Assembly: GCA_030619885.1 (NCBI GenBank)
Contig: JAUXAN010000003.1
Span: 21,958 to 85,957, forward strand
DNA length: 64,000 nucleotides
Direction: 5' to 3'
Source of the DNA: a bacterium
GTDB lineage: Bacteria > Hydrothermota > DG-26 > JAUXAN01
A model generated the notes under the pieces. It did not search any database and was not told the DNA's origin. It worked only from the letters and a program-made list of their open reading frames with translations. This document shows, one piece after another, positions 8,604 through 20,411 of this stretch. Both the position numbers and the translations under genes were made by a program. Position 1 is the first letter of the stretch. The number at the start of each line of letters is the position of its first letter.

Positions 8604-9617
8604 ATGAAGGTAAAAGAAATCGCCAGAGCTGTTGAAGGAAGATTGATAGGAAATGGAACCATTGAGATAGAAAATGTTGTGCCTATCAAAGAAGCAAAGA
8701 AAGGGGATATTACTTTTTTTCATGATAAGAGATATATCAAATATTTGCATAAAAGCAAGGCATCTTGCATAGTCGTTCCACAAGGGATGGAAGAGCTAAC
8801 GACTACAGTCATAGAAGTAAAAAATCCTGCCCTTGCCTTTGCCAAAATTCTAAACTTTTTTGCTCCTCAAAAGAAAATGGAAAAGGGGATACATAATACT
8901 GCAATCATTGGAAAGAATGTATCTATCCACAAGACCGCATCTATTCAAGCCTTCTGTTGCATCGGTGATGATGTGAGAATTGAAAAGGGTGTCTGTATCT
9001 TCCCTTATGTCTATGTCGGTTCAGGAACTACGATAAGGGAAAACTCAAAGATTTATTCCAATGTAACAGTTAGAGAAAACTCAAAGATAGGAAAGAGGGT
9101 GATAATCCATTCTGGAACTGTAATAGGTTCGGATGGCTATGGATATGTGAAGGGCGACGGTCATCATCGCAAGATTCCACAGATAGGAAAAGTAATAATT
9201 GAGGATGATGTCGAGATAGGTGCCAACACCGCTATAGACCGTGCAACCCTCGGCGCTACAGTGATAGGGCGAGGTACGAAGATAGATAATCTTGTCCATA
9301 TAGGTCATAATGTAAGAATAGGAGAAAATTCGCTCATAATCGCCCAGGTTGGAATATCTGGCAGCGTAGAAATCGGTAAAAATTGTGTACTCGCAGGACA
9401 GGCAGGTATTAGTGACCATATAAAACTTGGAGATAATGTAATAGTTGGGGGTCAGGCAGGGGTTACAAAATCTTTCCCGTCCAATATGAAAATCTCCGGT
9501 TATCCTGCAAGACCCCACTCCGATGCGCAAAGGTCTTATGCAACTATTTCAATGTTGCCTGAACTGCTGCATAGATTGAAGAATCTGGAAAAAAAATATG
9601 CAGAGAACATTAAATAA
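8604..9617 (+). CDS. lpxD: UDP-3-O-acyl-glucosamine N-acyltransferase (start moved to MKVKE)
   Basis: Hexapeptide repeats, [18 protein letters not shown]. Confidence 0.95.
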   Translation: MKVKEIARAVEGRLIGNGTIEIENVVPIKEAKKGDITFFHDKRYIKYLHKSKASCIVVPQGMEELTTTVIEVKNPALAFAKILNFFAPQKKMEKGIHNTAIIGKNVSIHKTASIQAFCCIGDDVRIEKGVCIFPYVYVGSGTTIRENSKIYSNVTVRENSKIGKRVIIHSGTVIGSDGYGYVKGDGHHRKIPQIGKVIIEDDVEIGANTAIDRATLGATVIGRGTKIDNLVHIGHNVRIGENSLIIAQVGISGSVEIGKNCVLAGQAGISDHIKLGDNVIVGGQAGVTKSFPSNMKISGYPARPHSDAQRSYATISMLPELLHRLKNLEKKYAENIK

Positions 9618-10881
9618 AAAAGGTTCTTTTACTGGAACGGGGCTTCATACAGGAAACAAGACGACCATAACCTTTAATCCATCCCCAGATGATAGTGGAA
9701 TCAAATTTGTGCGGACAGACCTCAAAGATAGACCCGTCATTGAAGCAGACATTGACCATGTAGTGGAGACTGATAGAGGAACGACCATATCTTTAAATGG
9801 CGTAAAAATCCACACGGTCGAACATGTGCTTGCGTCTATATCTGGTCTTGAAATTGATAATGTGAGAATCGAACTGAACGGTTCTGAACCACCTGTCGGC
9901 GACGGAAGTTCTCTACCATTTGTTGATACGATAAAAAAGGCAGGCATTAAAGAAGGGCAGAAAGAAAGGGACTATTATGTAATTCGCAAACCTTATGTTT
10001 TTTCCGATGGTGATGTTCATATAGTTGCAAATCCCGCAGATAACTTGAAAGTATCGTTCACAATAGACTACCCGAATCCTATAGTGAAATCACAGTATAT
10101 ATCCCTGTCAATAGACCCGAAGACTTTTTCGAAGGAAATCGCACCTGCAAGAACTTACTGTTTTGCTGAAGATGTGGAGAGGCTGAGAAGTAAGGGGTTG
10201 ATAAAAGGCGGAAGTTTTGATAATGCAATAGTAATAACAAAAGATGGTTTTATGAACGAAACACCACTCAGGTTTCCCAACGAGTTCGTGCGGCACAAAA
10301 TAATTGACCTTCTTGGTGACCTGGCACTCTTGGGTGGTCCTCTCAATGCCCATATAATCTCTATAAAATCCGGCCATAGAACTAATGTTAAATTTATACA
10401 AAAGTTAAAAAAATATGTTCAAAAAGAAAAAGCTGGATCTTTTGATATTTCAAATATACTCGAAGTTATGCCTCATAGATACCCTTTCTTGCTCGTTGAC
10501 AGAATCATTGAACTTGAACCCAAAAGGGTTGTTGGGATAAAAAATGTCACTTTTAACGAACCTTACTTTCAAGGACATTTCCCTGGAGTGCCGGTAATGC
10601 CTGGTGTGCTCATTGTAGAGGCGATGGCTCAGGTAGGTGGGTTTCTTCTACTCCACTCGGTAGAGAAGAAAGAGAACAAACTCGTCTATTTTGTAGGAAT
10701 AGATGGGATAAAATTCAGAAGACCTGTGAAACCTGGGGACCAAATCAGGTTTGAACTCAATCTACTTAAACACAAGGCAAGGATGTACAAGATGTCAGGG
10801 CATGCATATGTGGATAATCACTTAGTATGCGAGGGCGAACTTCTTGCCCAGGTAGTGGAGAAACCAGATGGAAATAGATAA
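9598..10881 (+). CDS. lpxC: Bifunctional LpxC/FabZ
   Basis: [22 protein letters not shown] (LpxC) fused to [27 protein letters not shown] (FabZ). Confidence 0.95.
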   Translation: MQRTLNKKGSFTGTGLHTGNKTTITFNPSPDDSGIKFVRTDLKDRPVIEADIDHVVETDRGTTISLNGVKIHTVEHVLASISGLEIDNVRIELNGSEPPVGDGSSLPFVDTIKKAGIKEGQKERDYYVIRKPYVFSDGDVHIVANPADNLKVSFTIDYPNPIVKSQYISLSIDPKTFSKEIAPARTYCFAEDVERLRSKGLIKGGSFDNAIVITKDGFMNETPLRFPNEFVRHKIIDLLGDLALLGGPLNAHIISIKSGHRTNVKFIQKLKKYVQKEKAGSFDISNILEVMPHRYPFLLVDRIIELEPKRVVGIKNVTFNEPYFQGHFPGVPVMPGVLIVEAMAQVGGFLLLHSVEKKENKLVYFVGIDGIKFRRPVKPGDQIRFELNLLKHKARMYKMSGHAYVDNHLVCEGELLAQVVEKPDGNR

Positions 10882-11638
10882 GACAGCGATCGTAAGCTCT
10901 GAAGCGAAACTCGGAAAGAATGTGAAGATAGGTCCATTCAGCACCATCGATAAGAATGTAACCATTGGTGATGGAACTAAGATAGGTCCGAACTGCCACA
11001 TAACTGGATGGACAGAGATAGGGAAGAATTGTGATATCTTACACGGGGTGGTAATCGGCAATCCACCACAGGATGTGAAATTTAAAGGTAAAAGGAGTTT
11101 TTGCGTCATAGGAGATGGAAACATGGTAAGGGAATATGTGACGATCCATAGAGGTTCGGACTATGAGAGTAAGACGGTAATAGGTTCCAGTAATTTTTTA
11201 ATGGCATATTCACATGTCGGACATAACTGCAACATTGGAAACGGCATAATACTCGCAAACGCAGCTAACCTCTCTGGATATGTTGAGGTAGAGGACTTTG
11301 CCTTCATATCAGGGCTTGTTCCTGTCCATCAATTCGTGAGAATAGGCTGTTACTGTATGATCGGAGGTGGTTACAGAGTACCAAAAGATATTGTTCCATA
11401 TTCACTTGCAGGTGGTTATCCGATCCGCATATGTGGGCTCAATACCGTGGGTCTGAAACGGCACAAGTTTAAAGCCGAAATAAGAAATATACTGAAGGAG
11501 GCATACAAGATAATATTTTTTTCCAACCTCAATACGCATCAGGCGATTGCAAGGGCAAAGACAGACCTCCCACAGAGAGAAGAGGTAAAACATCTGATAG
11601 AATTTATTGAGAATTCTACCAGGGGTATCGTAAAATGA
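10868..11638 (+). CDS. lpxA: Acyl-ACP--UDP-N-acetylglucosamine O-acyltransferase
   Basis: PPQDVKF, REYVTIHRG, HVGHNC, VHQFVRIG. Confidence 0.95.
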   Translation: MEIDKTAIVSSEAKLGKNVKIGPFSTIDKNVTIGDGTKIGPNCHITGWTEIGKNCDILHGVVIGNPPQDVKFKGKRSFCVIGDGNMVREYVTIHRGSDYESKTVIGSSNFLMAYSHVGHNCNIGNGIILANAANLSGYVEVEDFAFISGLVPVHQFVRIGCYCMIGGGYRVPKDIVPYSLAGGYPIRICGLNTVGLKRHKFKAEIRNILKEAYKIIFFSNLNTHQAIARAKTDLPQREEVKHLIEFIENSTRGIVK

Positions 11639-12747
11639 ATAAAAAGTTAGAACTGGATGCAGTCTTAGAAGATATGGTTAAAAGGGAAGGTTCTGACCTT
11701 CATTTGAAAGTGGGAGAACCGCCTATGTACAGAATATTTGGAAAGCTTACCAGAAGCAGGTTTCCAATAGTAGATGACGAATCGATTAACAGGATGATAT
11801 ACGGTATTCTTACAGAAGAGAGGAGGGAGAGGTTCGAAAACGAGTCTGAATTGGACCTCTCATATGAAATTCTTGACTTTGCAAGATTCAGGATGAGTGT
11901 CTTTCGCCAGAGTGGTCACATAGGTGCGGTCTTTAGATATATACCTTTAGAGATTAAGAGCATAGATGATTGGGAACTGCCTCCTGTGTTGAAAAGACTT
12001 GCACTTCTACGAGGTGGACTCATCCTCGTAACCGGGCCAACGGGTTCAGGCAAATCTACTACCCTCTCTGCAATGATACTCCATATAAATGAGAGTGTTC
12101 GCAGACATATCATAATTATAGAAGACCCTATAGAATTTCTTCACAAGGATATAAAGTCTACCATAGAACAGTTAGAACTGGGTATAGACACCCTTTCTTT
12201 TGCCGATGCTTTGAAGTCGGTAGTGCGTCAATCACCCGACTTGATAATGGTGGGTGAGGTAAGAGATCTGGATACTTTGAGAGAGGCATTGAATGCTGCA
12301 GAGACAGGACATTTAGTGCTGGCTACCTTGCACACTGCCGATGCTTCCCAGACTGTTGATAGAATCGTAGATATGCATCCCCCAGGTGAGATACACAAAG
12401 CCCGACTGCAACTATCGAACACCCTTCATGCAGTAATATCCGAATCTCTACTCCGAAGATTGGAGGGGAAGGGTTTGGTTGCTGCATTTGATATACTGAT
12501 ATGCACCGACGCTGTTCGTACCTGTATTAGAGAAGGGAAAACCCATCAGATACCTTCAATAATTCAGACGGGGACAAAATTTGGAATGCAACTTTTGGAT
12601 GACAATTTGAAGGAACTCTATCTCAACGGTATTGTTGCCTATGATGAGGCGTTATCAAAATCGTCCAATCCGGATGATTTTGAGAAAAGCGTATCAAAAC
12701 CTGCTTTTGCATCACTTAAGGAGCGTGTAAAGGATGGAGCTGGCTGA
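11635..12747 (+). CDS. PilT/PilU-family type IV pilus retraction ATPase
   Basis: GSDLHL, GPTGSGKSTT, IEDPIE, AAETGHLV..TLH. Confidence 0.9.
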   Translation: MNKKLELDAVLEDMVKREGSDLHLKVGEPPMYRIFGKLTRSRFPIVDDESINRMIYGILTEERRERFENESELDLSYEILDFARFRMSVFRQSGHIGAVFRYIPLEIKSIDDWELPPVLKRLALLRGGLILVTGPTGSGKSTTLSAMILHINESVRRHIIIIEDPIEFLHKDIKSTIEQLELGIDTLSFADALKSVVRQSPDLIMVGEVRDLDTLREALNAAETGHLVLATLHTADASQTVDRIVDMHPPGEIHKARLQLSNTLHAVISESLLRRLEGKGLVAAFDILICTDAVRTCIREGKTHQIPSIIQTGTKFGMQLLDDNLKELYLNGIVAYDEALSKSSNPDDFEKSVSKPAFASLKERVKDGAG

Positions 12748-13786
12748 GTTATTACTTACGATGCACCAGAATAAGGCATCTGACCTCATTCTGAAGGTGG
12801 ATAGTCCACCTCTCGTGAGGATAGATGGTGAAATCGTTCCGCTCGATATGGAAAGACTGAAACCTGTGGATGCATTGAATATCATGAAGAGTATAGCAGA
12901 TGAGAAACAGTTGGGTGTATTCAAAGAGAAGAAAGTAGTTGACATCGCATTTACCATACCAGAATTGGCGAGGTTCAGGGTGAATATATTTCGACAGAGA
13001 AAAAACATCGGGCTCGTATTTCGGCTAATTCCACTCCAGATTCCTAAGATTGAGGAACTCAATCTACCAAAAATCTTAACCGATCTTGTGTTGAGACCGA
13101 GAGGACTCGTGATTTTAACAGGACCTTCAGGTTGTGGTAAGTCGTTTACCATAGCAGGAATGATAGAATATAGAAACCAGAATAAGGAGTGTCATATAGT
13201 TACGATAGAGGACCCGATAGAATTTGTGTTTAAGGATGAGAAGGCTTTGATAAACCAGAGAGAAGTTGGAGGCGACACTCTTTCTTATTCGAGGGCACTG
13301 AAGGCTGTACTGAGGCATGACCCTGACTGTATAGTTATCAGTGAGTTGAAAGACCTTACGACTATCTCACAAACAATCACTGCTGCAGAGACAGGGCATT
13401 TAGTGCTGACTACCTTGCACACAGTAGGAGCTGTTCCAACGATAGAACGTCTAATAGATGTATTCCCAGGACATCAACAGCAGCAGGTAAGGATGCAGAT
13501 TTCAGCAAATCTGATTGGCGTTATAACACAGGTGCTGGTAAAAAAGAAGGAAGGAGGAAGAATACCAGCATTTGAGATACTGATTTCCACTGCTGCTATC
13601 AGGAATTTAATCAGAGAGGGAAAGACCCATCAAATAAACAGTCTTATACAGACGGGTCATAAATCAGGAATGATTCTTTTGAACCAATCTCTGGCGCAAC
13701 TTGTAAAAAGCAATGTAGTATCCACTGATGATGCACTCTCTGTCTCTTCTGACAGGACACAACTCCGCAGTTTAATCGGTGCGTAG
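12734..13786 (+). CDS. pilT: PilT-family retraction ATPase
   Basis: GPSGCGKS, TIEDPIE, AAETGH, AIRNLIRE signature. Confidence 0.88.
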   Translation: MELAELLLTMHQNKASDLILKVDSPPLVRIDGEIVPLDMERLKPVDALNIMKSIADEKQLGVFKEKKVVDIAFTIPELARFRVNIFRQRKNIGLVFRLIPLQIPKIEELNLPKILTDLVLRPRGLVILTGPSGCGKSFTIAGMIEYRNQNKECHIVTIEDPIEFVFKDEKALINQREVGGDTLSYSRALKAVLRHDPDCIVISELKDLTTISQTITAAETGHLVLTTLHTVGAVPTIERLIDVFPGHQQQQVRMQISANLIGVITQVLVKKKEGGRIPAFEILISTAAIRNLIREGKTHQINSLIQTGHKSGMILLNQSLAQLVKSNVVSTDDALSVSSDRTQLRSLIGA

Positions 13787-13926
13787 TCCATATTTTCCCT
13801 CTCTCAAGAACACCTAACCCCATACCTGTGACCTCTTTCCGTATTTATCCGTCCATTCCATACGGATACTGCGCAACGGATCCAGAGATGTCAACATCAG
13901 TGCAGTGAGAACTCTGCAGTTTTCTC

Positions 13927-13955
13927 TTGACACATCGTCCTTTTTGAGGTATATT
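13927..13955 (+). promoter_or_regulatory. sigma70 promoter, probably leaderless, for the neuB-like gene
   Basis: TTGACA, 17 nt, TATATT; ATG 7 nt downstream. Confidence 0.7.
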
Positions 13956-13962
13956 AAAAAAG

Positions 13963-15003
13963 ATGAGAAAGATAAAAATAGGAGATAGGTTTATAGGAAA
14001 CGGCGAACCTATCTATATCATTGGAGAAGCAGGTGTGAATCATAACGGAAACTTGGATTTAGCCTTTGAACTCGTTGATATAGCAAAAGACGCAGGATGC
14101 GATGCGGTTAAGTTTCAGACATTCATTGCAGAAGATGTGGTTTCAAAATATGCCCCAAAAGCCCCTTACCAGAAAGCTCTCAACGGAAGTCAGTTAGATA
14201 TGGCAAAGAGGCTCGAATTGAAATTTGAGGATTTTAAAAAACTCAAAATATATTCCGATAAAAAGGGTATCACCTTCTTGTCTACTCCGTTCGATCCAAG
14301 AAGTGTCGACTTTCTTGATGAACTTGGGGTTCCCTTATTCAAAGTGGGTTCAGGGGAACTCACCAACCTTCCATTTCTAAAATACATTGCAGAAAAAAGA
14401 CGCCCTGTTATACTCTCAACGGGTATGTCCACACTTGGTGAGATAGAAGAGGCATTGGGAACGATCCAATCTGCAAAAAACGAAAATGTGGCACTTCTTC
14501 ACTGCACTTCAAACTATCCATCCACTCTAAAAAGTTGCAACCTTCTGGCTATAAAAACCCTTAAAGAGGTTTTTGATACACCTGTTGGCTACTCTGACCA
14601 TACATTGAGTCTATCGGTGCCTTCCGCATCAGTGGCACTTGGTGCATGCATTATTGAAAAACATTTCACAAAGGATAGAAATTTGCCGGGTCCAGACCAC
14701 CGTGCATCTGTGGACCCTTATCAATTAAAACAGATGGTATGTATGGTGAGGGAAACAGAAGAGGCACTCGGTTGTGCTTTGAAAAGGCCACAGGATGAAG
14801 AATTAGAAGTAGCAAAGGTAACACGCAGGTCAATAGTAGCTGCTGTGTGTATAAAAAAGGGCACAGAGATAAAAAGAGAGATGGTAACATTGAAAAGACC
14901 GGGATATGGAATGCCACCCAAGTTCCTAAAATTCGTTTTTGGAAGAACTGCGAAAAGAGATATTGCAAAAGATGAGATTATAAAATTGGAGGATTTGAAA
15001 TAG
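13963..15003 (+). CDS. neuB: N-acetylneuraminate synthase family (NeuB/PseI/LegI) with SAF domain
   Basis: EAGVNHNG, AVKFQ, STPFD, GYSDHT, IEKHFT, GPDH. Confidence 0.88.
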   Translation: MRKIKIGDRFIGNGEPIYIIGEAGVNHNGNLDLAFELVDIAKDAGCDAVKFQTFIAEDVVSKYAPKAPYQKALNGSQLDMAKRLELKFEDFKKLKIYSDKKGITFLSTPFDPRSVDFLDELGVPLFKVGSGELTNLPFLKYIAEKRRPVILSTGMSTLGEIEEALGTIQSAKNENVALLHCTSNYPSTLKSCNLLAIKTLKEVFDTPVGYSDHTLSLSVPSASVALGACIIEKHFTKDRNLPGPDHRASVDPYQLKQMVCMVRETEEALGCALKRPQDEELEVAKVTRRSIVAAVCIKKGTEIKREMVTLKRPGYGMPPKFLKFVFGRTAKRDIAKDEIIKLEDLK

Positions 15004-18000
15004 ATGCAAAACTATTATGATAATATAGTTGGTGTCTTAAAGACCATCAGAAATAGAGAAGTGAAGTTTTCTTTATACTCTCACTCTTTGATTCTATTTT
15101 TAACTCTTGCTTCGGTGCTCTTACTATACATAATTTTCAGTATATTTATTCACTCACCCGTATTGGATAAGATATTTTTATTCACTTCTTTCGCTCCGAT
15201 TGCTTTCTTTCTGGGATATTCTCTCTTTCGGGGCTTGAAGATATGGCCACTCGAAAGCGTCTGTATCAGAATTGAAAACAGGTTTCCTCAATACAAGGAT
15301 AAGATATTACCTGCTGTGCAGTTATTTAGAAAAAGAGACTCGAAGGAAAATTATTCAGAGGCTTTAATAAATACCATACTTTTTAATATTGATAAACTTT
15401 TTAAAAAATTAGATATAAATGGACTGGTTGATAAATCGAGACTGCAAAGCCTCGAAAGAATTGCACTTGGAAGTTTTATCTTTATACTCGCTCTTGCGGC
15501 TTTTATACCGTCTAAATTTTACCTTCCGCTGTTTCTATTTGGAAAGTATCAAAGTTACCATAAGACTATATTGAAAGTCTTCCCCAAGGATGCAGAGGTC
15601 ATAAAAGGCGATGATGTAGTAGTTACGGTGCACACACTCGGCAGACCACCCAAAGAGGTCTTTCTCTGTTTAAAAGAAGATGGAAGCAGTTGGAGAAGAA
15701 AAGACCTGTATGAAAAAGAGAAGGGTATATACCAGACAGAACTTTTAAATTTGCAAAGGGATTTGACTTACTACGCTGCTACAGATAAGCGTAAAAGTAA
15801 ATCTTATCTCCTATCGATTGTAGAACTGCCAGAGATAACAAACCTGAGCCTCAAGTTTTTCTACCCTGCTTATACAAAACTTCCCCCGCTTACTCTAAAT
15901 GAAAATAACGGAGACATCCTCTCAATCGTTGGAACGGCGGTGGAAATTGAAGGAGAGTCGAGTAATGAACTTTCTGAATGTGAAGCAGTATTCAGTGACT
16001 TCACAATCAAAACTGGCAGAGTCAGGGAGAATAGTTTCAAGCTCAACCTTACCGTTGTGAAGGCTCTCAGTTATCATATCGAAATTGAAGATAGATTTGG
16101 GAATAGAAATCGGGAACCTATCGAATATACGATAGCGCCGGTTATAGATGAATTCCCCTCAATAAAAATTCTCTACCCTGCTAAAGATATTGAGCTGCCA
16201 AGAGAGATGGAGGTAGATATAGAATGTAAGGTACTGGACGATTTTGGAATAACGAAGACCGAACTTTGTTACAAAACAGATGATGACTCATCCGTGATAG
16301 AAATTTCTGACCTTGCAGGTGATGTTTCAGAGAAGGTATTAACTTATAGATGGGATTTAACTACACTTGGTCTCCTCCCCGGTGATCTGGTTGAATACTA
16401 TCTTAAAACTTTTGATAACGACACTTACTCTGGTCCCAAGAGTGCGAGGAGTAAACTCTATACGATCAGATTTCCAACTATGCTCGAAATATATAAAAAG
16501 GTTGCAAAAAAGCAGACAGAAAGTATGGATGAGATGAGTGAACTACTACCAGAGCAGCGCAGGTTGAAAGAGGAACTTGAGAGAATAATAGAAGAACTCA
16601 AGACGACGAATGTTCTATCATGGGGAGAGAAAAAATCTACAGAGGAGCTTATCAAACACCAGCAAGAACTGATGGAGAGAATGGAAAAGACCGTATCCGA
16701 TTTAAAGGGTGCAATTGAGGAGATGAATAAGTCGGTGATAGTTGATGAGGAAGCGTTAAAAAAGATGCAAGAGATTGCAGAACTTCTCTCTGAGGTATTG
16801 ACAGAGGAGATGAAGAAAGCCCTTCAAAAATTGCAGGATGCGATGGAGAGTATGAATCCTGAAGAGGTCAAAAAAGCCCTCGAGGAGTTGAGGCTCTCTC
16901 AGAAAGAGTTGAAAGAGAGACTGGACCGCACACTTGAAATATTAACCCGGTTGAGACAGGAACAGAAACTGAAGGAACTACTTTGCGAGTTGGACCAACT
17001 GATTGCTGAAGAGGAGAGTCTGAGGGATAGAACAGAAAAAGATTCAGAACTCGAACCTCTATCATCACACCAGGAGGATATAAGGAGACATCTTGAAGAG
17101 ATAAAGAACGATGTGGATAAATTGAGTGAAGAACTTGCTGATAGTGATTATGAAGTTTCATTTTCACTTAAGGAAGAGGTCAAAAATCTTACGGAAATAT
17201 CTCAAAAAATGGCTGAAATTTCTTCTTCACTTTTAGAAGAGAACAGAAAAGAGGCATTATCAAAAGAAGGCGAAGTGCTTTCAAATTTATCGAGTCTGAG
17301 AGAAGGGCTTGCGAGTGCTTCTGCATCCCTCGTATCGGAGAGAAAGAAAGAACTCGAAAAGGCGATAAACAATGTCATTAAAGACCTACTATATCTTTCC
17401 AGACGGCAGGAGGAGATAAACAGAAAGATTGCAGATGCCCAAAAATCATCGAGTGTGGATACCAGAGAATTGGCGGTCATGGAAGAAAATCTAAAAATGG
17501 GGTTAAGGCGAGCAGCAGATAATGTGTATAATCTCTCTCAAAAGACCCTCTTCATTCAACCTGTTACTGGGATGCATCTCGGAAGGGCGATTGCAGGTCT
17601 CGAATCAGGAAAAGCAAGTCTGGAAAATGGGGATCCGCGGCGTGCATTCACTAAAGGGATTGGTATTATGTCCAGTTTGAATCAGGCAACATTGACTCTT
17701 TTGGAATCTCAGAATGAACTCTCCGCCGCTTCATCATCTGCAGGATTACAGGAGGCTATGCAAAAATTGGCTGGACTTACCGCTCGTCAGGCAGCTTTGA
17801 ACAAGGCGACACAGGAACTCTTTTCATTTGGAGAAGGTTTAAGTATGGAAGCGAGGGCATCTATGGCAAGACTTGCGGCAGAACAGGAGGCGATAAGGAA
17901 GGGGATGGAGGGTGTGGCAAGCACATTCGATGAACGAGCAGAGCTGGCAGGCAGGCTTGATAAGGTTATAGAGGAGATGAAACAACTAACCGAAGATTTA

Positions 18001-18273
18001 AAAAGTCAAGCTATCGACAGAAGGATGATCGAACGGCAGGAAAAGATTCTCACAAGGCTCTTAGATGCACAGCGTTCTGTTAGAAGAAGGGATTACAGCA
18101 AAAAAAGGAAATCGGAGGTAGGGGAGGATGTGCACAGAAGATCGCCATCTCTTTTGGATGCGGAGGAAAGGGAGAAAAGAATAAAGGAAGACCTTCTGCG
18201 TGCCCTCAAAGAGGGTTATCCACCTGAATATGAAGCATTGATAAAAGCTTACTTCAGAGCACTTTCCGAATGA
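15004..18273 (+). CDS. Large membrane-anchored coiled-coil protein (DUF4175-like)
   Basis: N-terminal TM helices, beta-rich middle region, long coiled coil, C-terminal YPPEYEALIKAYFRAL. Confidence 0.6.
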   Translation: MQNYYDNIVGVLKTIRNREVKFSLYSHSLILFLTLASVLLLYIIFSIFIHSPVLDKIFLFTSFAPIAFFLGYSLFRGLKIWPLESVCIRIENRFPQYKDKILPAVQLFRKRDSKENYSEALINTILFNIDKLFKKLDINGLVDKSRLQSLERIALGSFIFILALAAFIPSKFYLPLFLFGKYQSYHKTILKVFPKDAEVIKGDDVVVTVHTLGRPPKEVFLCLKEDGSSWRRKDLYEKEKGIYQTELLNLQRDLTYYAATDKRKSKSYLLSIVELPEITNLSLKFFYPAYTKLPPLTLNENNGDILSIVGTAVEIEGESSNELSECEAVFSDFTIKTGRVRENSFKLNLTVVKALSYHIEIEDRFGNRNREPIEYTIAPVIDEFPSIKILYPAKDIELPREMEVDIECKVLDDFGITKTELCYKTDDDSSVIEISDLAGDVSEKVLTYRWDLTTLGLLPGDLVEYYLKTFDNDTYSGPKSARSKLYTIRFPTMLEIYKKVAKKQTESMDEMSELLPEQRRLKEELERIIEELKTTNVLSWGEKKSTEELIKHQQELMERMEKTVSDLKGAIEEMNKSVIVDEEALKKMQEIAELLSEVLTEEMKKALQKLQDAMESMNPEEVKKALEELRLSQKELKERLDRTLEILTRLRQEQKLKELLCELDQLIAEEESLRDRTEKDSELEPLSSHQEDIRRHLEEIKNDVDKLSEELADSDYEVSFSLKEEVKNLTEISQKMAEISSSLLEENRKEALSKEGEVLSNLSSLREGLASASASLVSERKKELEKAINNVIKDLLYLSRRQEEINRKIADAQKSSSVDTRELAVMEENLKMGLRRAADNVYNLSQKTLFIQPVTGMHLGRAIAGLESGKASLENGDPRRAFTKGIGIMSSLNQATLTLLESQNELSAASSSAGLQEAMQKLAGLTARQAALNKATQELFSFGEGLSMEARASMARLAAEQEAIRKGMEGVASTFDERAELAGRLDKVIEEMKQLTEDLKSQAIDRRMIERQEKILTRLLDAQRSVRRRDYSKKRKSEVGEDVHRRSPSLLDAEEREKRIKEDLLRALKEGYPPEYEALIKAYFRALSE

Positions 18274-18453
18274 TATTTTCGAAAGACCTCCGTGTACTAT
18301 CTCATACGACCTGTATTGGTAGTTTCATTATTCCTTGACCGCATAGGAATTTAATAGGGAGGCTCTTTTGAAAAATTGAAAAGTCTATGAAATGCTTGGT
18401 ATTAGATGGTATAAAAATTCTTAAATCTGTGTTAATCTGTGGTTTCTTTTTCC

Positions 18454-18481
18454 TTGACAAATTTTTTGAAATGATTATATT
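18454..18481 (+). promoter_or_regulatory. sigma70 promoter for hslV-tilS-C25 operon
   Basis: TTGACA, 16 nt, TATATT; directly preceded by the repeat aatctgtgttaatctgtggtt. Confidence 0.6.
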
Positions 18482-18511
18482 ATATATTAGGAAGTAGTAA
18501 TTTGCTCTCAA

Positions 18512-19048
18512 ATGAATACTTTTAGATCTACGACTATTATAGGTGTGAGGCGTAATGGCAAGGTTGCACTGGGTGGTGATGGACAGGTCAGTTTCGGTGA
18601 TACTGTTATAAAACAGGGTGCAAATAAGATAAGAAAAATATATAATGATACAGTGCTGGTCGGCTTTGCCGGGACTGCTGCCGATTCTTTTACACTTTAT
18701 GAAAAATTTGAGGGCAAATTGGAAGAACATAAAGGCAATCTTAAAAGAGCAATCGTCGAACTGGCAAAGTACTGGAGGTCTGATAGGATATTGAGAAGAC
18801 TTGAGGCACTTCTTGTAGTGCTCGGCAAGGAACATTCATACATTATTTCAGGACAGGGTGAGGTAATAGAACCCGATGATGATATAGTCGCTATTGGCTC
18901 CGGGGGACCCTACGCTCTGGCTGTAGCAAGAGCACTTGCCAAACATTCCAAATTGTCTGCAAGGGAGATCGTGGAGGAATCGATACGCATCGCTGCCTCT
19001 ATCTGTGTATATACAAACGAAAATCTGACAGTGGTAGAACTTGGTTAA
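18512..19048 (+). CDS. hslV: ATP-dependent protease subunit HslV
   Basis: STTI N-terminal Thr nucleophile, GDGQV, GFAG, GSGG. Confidence 0.95.
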   Translation: MNTFRSTTIIGVRRNGKVALGGDGQVSFGDTVIKQGANKIRKIYNDTVLVGFAGTAADSFTLYEKFEGKLEEHKGNLKRAIVELAKYWRSDRILRRLEALLVVLGKEHSYIISGQGEVIEPDDDIVAIGSGGPYALAVARALAKHSKLSAREIVEESIRIAASICVYTNENLTVVELG

Positions 19049-20411
19049 AAAAGTTGAATCTTCTATAAGAAAATACGACCTTATATGTAAAAACGATAGG
19101 ATTCTCGTTGCCGTTTCAGGTGGTCCTGATTCTGTCTGCCTATTGTATATTTTAGTTGGTCTAAAAGATAAATATTCGCTATCATTCCATATAGCCCATC
19201 TTAACCATTCATTTCGCGGAAAAGAATCACAGAGGGATGCAACATTTGTGAGAAATCTTGCAAAGAGGATTGGAATACCCTCTACCATTGAAAAGATGAA
19301 TGTGAGCAAAATAATTAAAGAGAGAAAATTGTCAAAAGAGGATGGTGCGAGGGAGATAAGGTATGAATTTTTAGAAAGGGTTGCTGAAGAGCAGAACTGC
19401 AACAAGATTGCTTTGGGGCATACAGCCGATGACCAGGCGGAAACGGTGCTCCTCCGACTGTTTAAAGGAACGGGCAGGACCGGAATCTGCGGTATTCCCC
19501 CGAAACGCGGAAAGATAATAAGACCGCTTATAGAAGTTAGAAGAGAAGATGTGCTCCAGTATTTGAATAAGAATAAGATCCCGTGGTTGATGGATTCTTC
19601 AAATCTTGAGAGGAACTATCTCAGAAATTTCATACGATTGGATATAATTCCGACACTGAAGAAAAGAGTCAACCCGAAGCTGATAGATGCCATTTCAAAA
19701 TTCGTCGTGCTTTCCCGCATAGACGAATCCTACCTCGATATGGAGGCGGATGAGTTGTATACTGATGCAATCATTGAGAAGAAAAGAAGTGAGATAGTTT
19801 TGAAAATAGATAGTATTCTTTCGTCTCACACCGCCATATCGATGAGGATGGTTAGGAAAGCCATAAAAGATTTTAAGGGAGACCTGCGCAAGGTGACTGC
19901 AAAGCACATCGAGTCCATTCTGAGACTATGCAGGGGCGAAACGGGTAAAAAGGTATCGCTCCCTTTTCATATCATTGCCGAAAAAAGTTATGACAGATTG
20001 ACACTTTCAAAGATTGGTGAGTCGGTTAAAGGATATAAGGGAGTGGTTAAAATACTTGGTGTGTGTGTAATAGATGGTTTGAAAATCTTTACTGCAGTGC
20101 AAAAAAAGTTTAAAAAGCAATGGAAGAATAAAAATGATTTCGAGGCATATTTTGACCTTGACGAGATCAGTCCGCCACTCTATATAAGAAATAGACTTCC
20201 TGGGGACAAGTTCATTCCGTTGGGGATGAAAGGGGAGAAGAAGATAAAGGATATATTCATTGATGACAAGGTCCCAAAAGACGAGAGGAATAAACCACTG
20301 TTAATAGACAAAAAAGGTATATTATGGATAATAGGGAATAGAAGAAGTGAGCGTGCAAAACTAAAGAAAAGAACAGAGAAGGTATTATATATGAAAGTGG
20401 AGAAATTATGA
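19041..20411 (+). CDS. tilS: tRNA(Ile)-lysidine synthase
   Basis: [30 protein letters not shown]. Confidence 0.95.
   Translation: MVKKVESSIRKYDLICKNDRILVAVSGGPDSVCLLYILVGLKDKYSLSFHIAHLNHSFRGKESQRDATFVRNLAKRIGIPSTIEKMNVSKIIKERKLSKEDGAREIRYEFLERVAEEQNCNKIALGHTADDQAETVLLRLFKGTGRTGICGIPPKRGKIIRPLIEVRREDVLQYLNKNKIPWLMDSSNLERNYLRNFIRLDIIPTLKKRVNPKLIDAISKFVVLSRIDESYLDMEADELYTDAIIEKKRSEIVLKIDSILSSHTAISMRMVRKAIKDFKGDLRKVTAKHIESILRLCRGETGKKVSLPFHIIAEKSYDRLTLSKIGESVKGYKGVVKILGVCVIDGLKIFTAVQKKFKKQWKNKNDFEAYFDLDEISPPLYIRNRLPGDKFIPLGMKGEKKIKDIFIDDKVPKDERNKPLLIDKKGILWIIGNRRSERAKLKKRTEKVLYMKVEKL

Noticed and set aside
9598-10881. LpxC-FabZ fusion as a novelty
   Set aside because: Well known in Bacteroidota/Chlorobi and related lineages.
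18302-19405. Long antisense ORFs (177 and 185 aa) and the many similar antisense ORFs in the track
   Set aside because: They lie opposite well-supported genes and carry no motifs.
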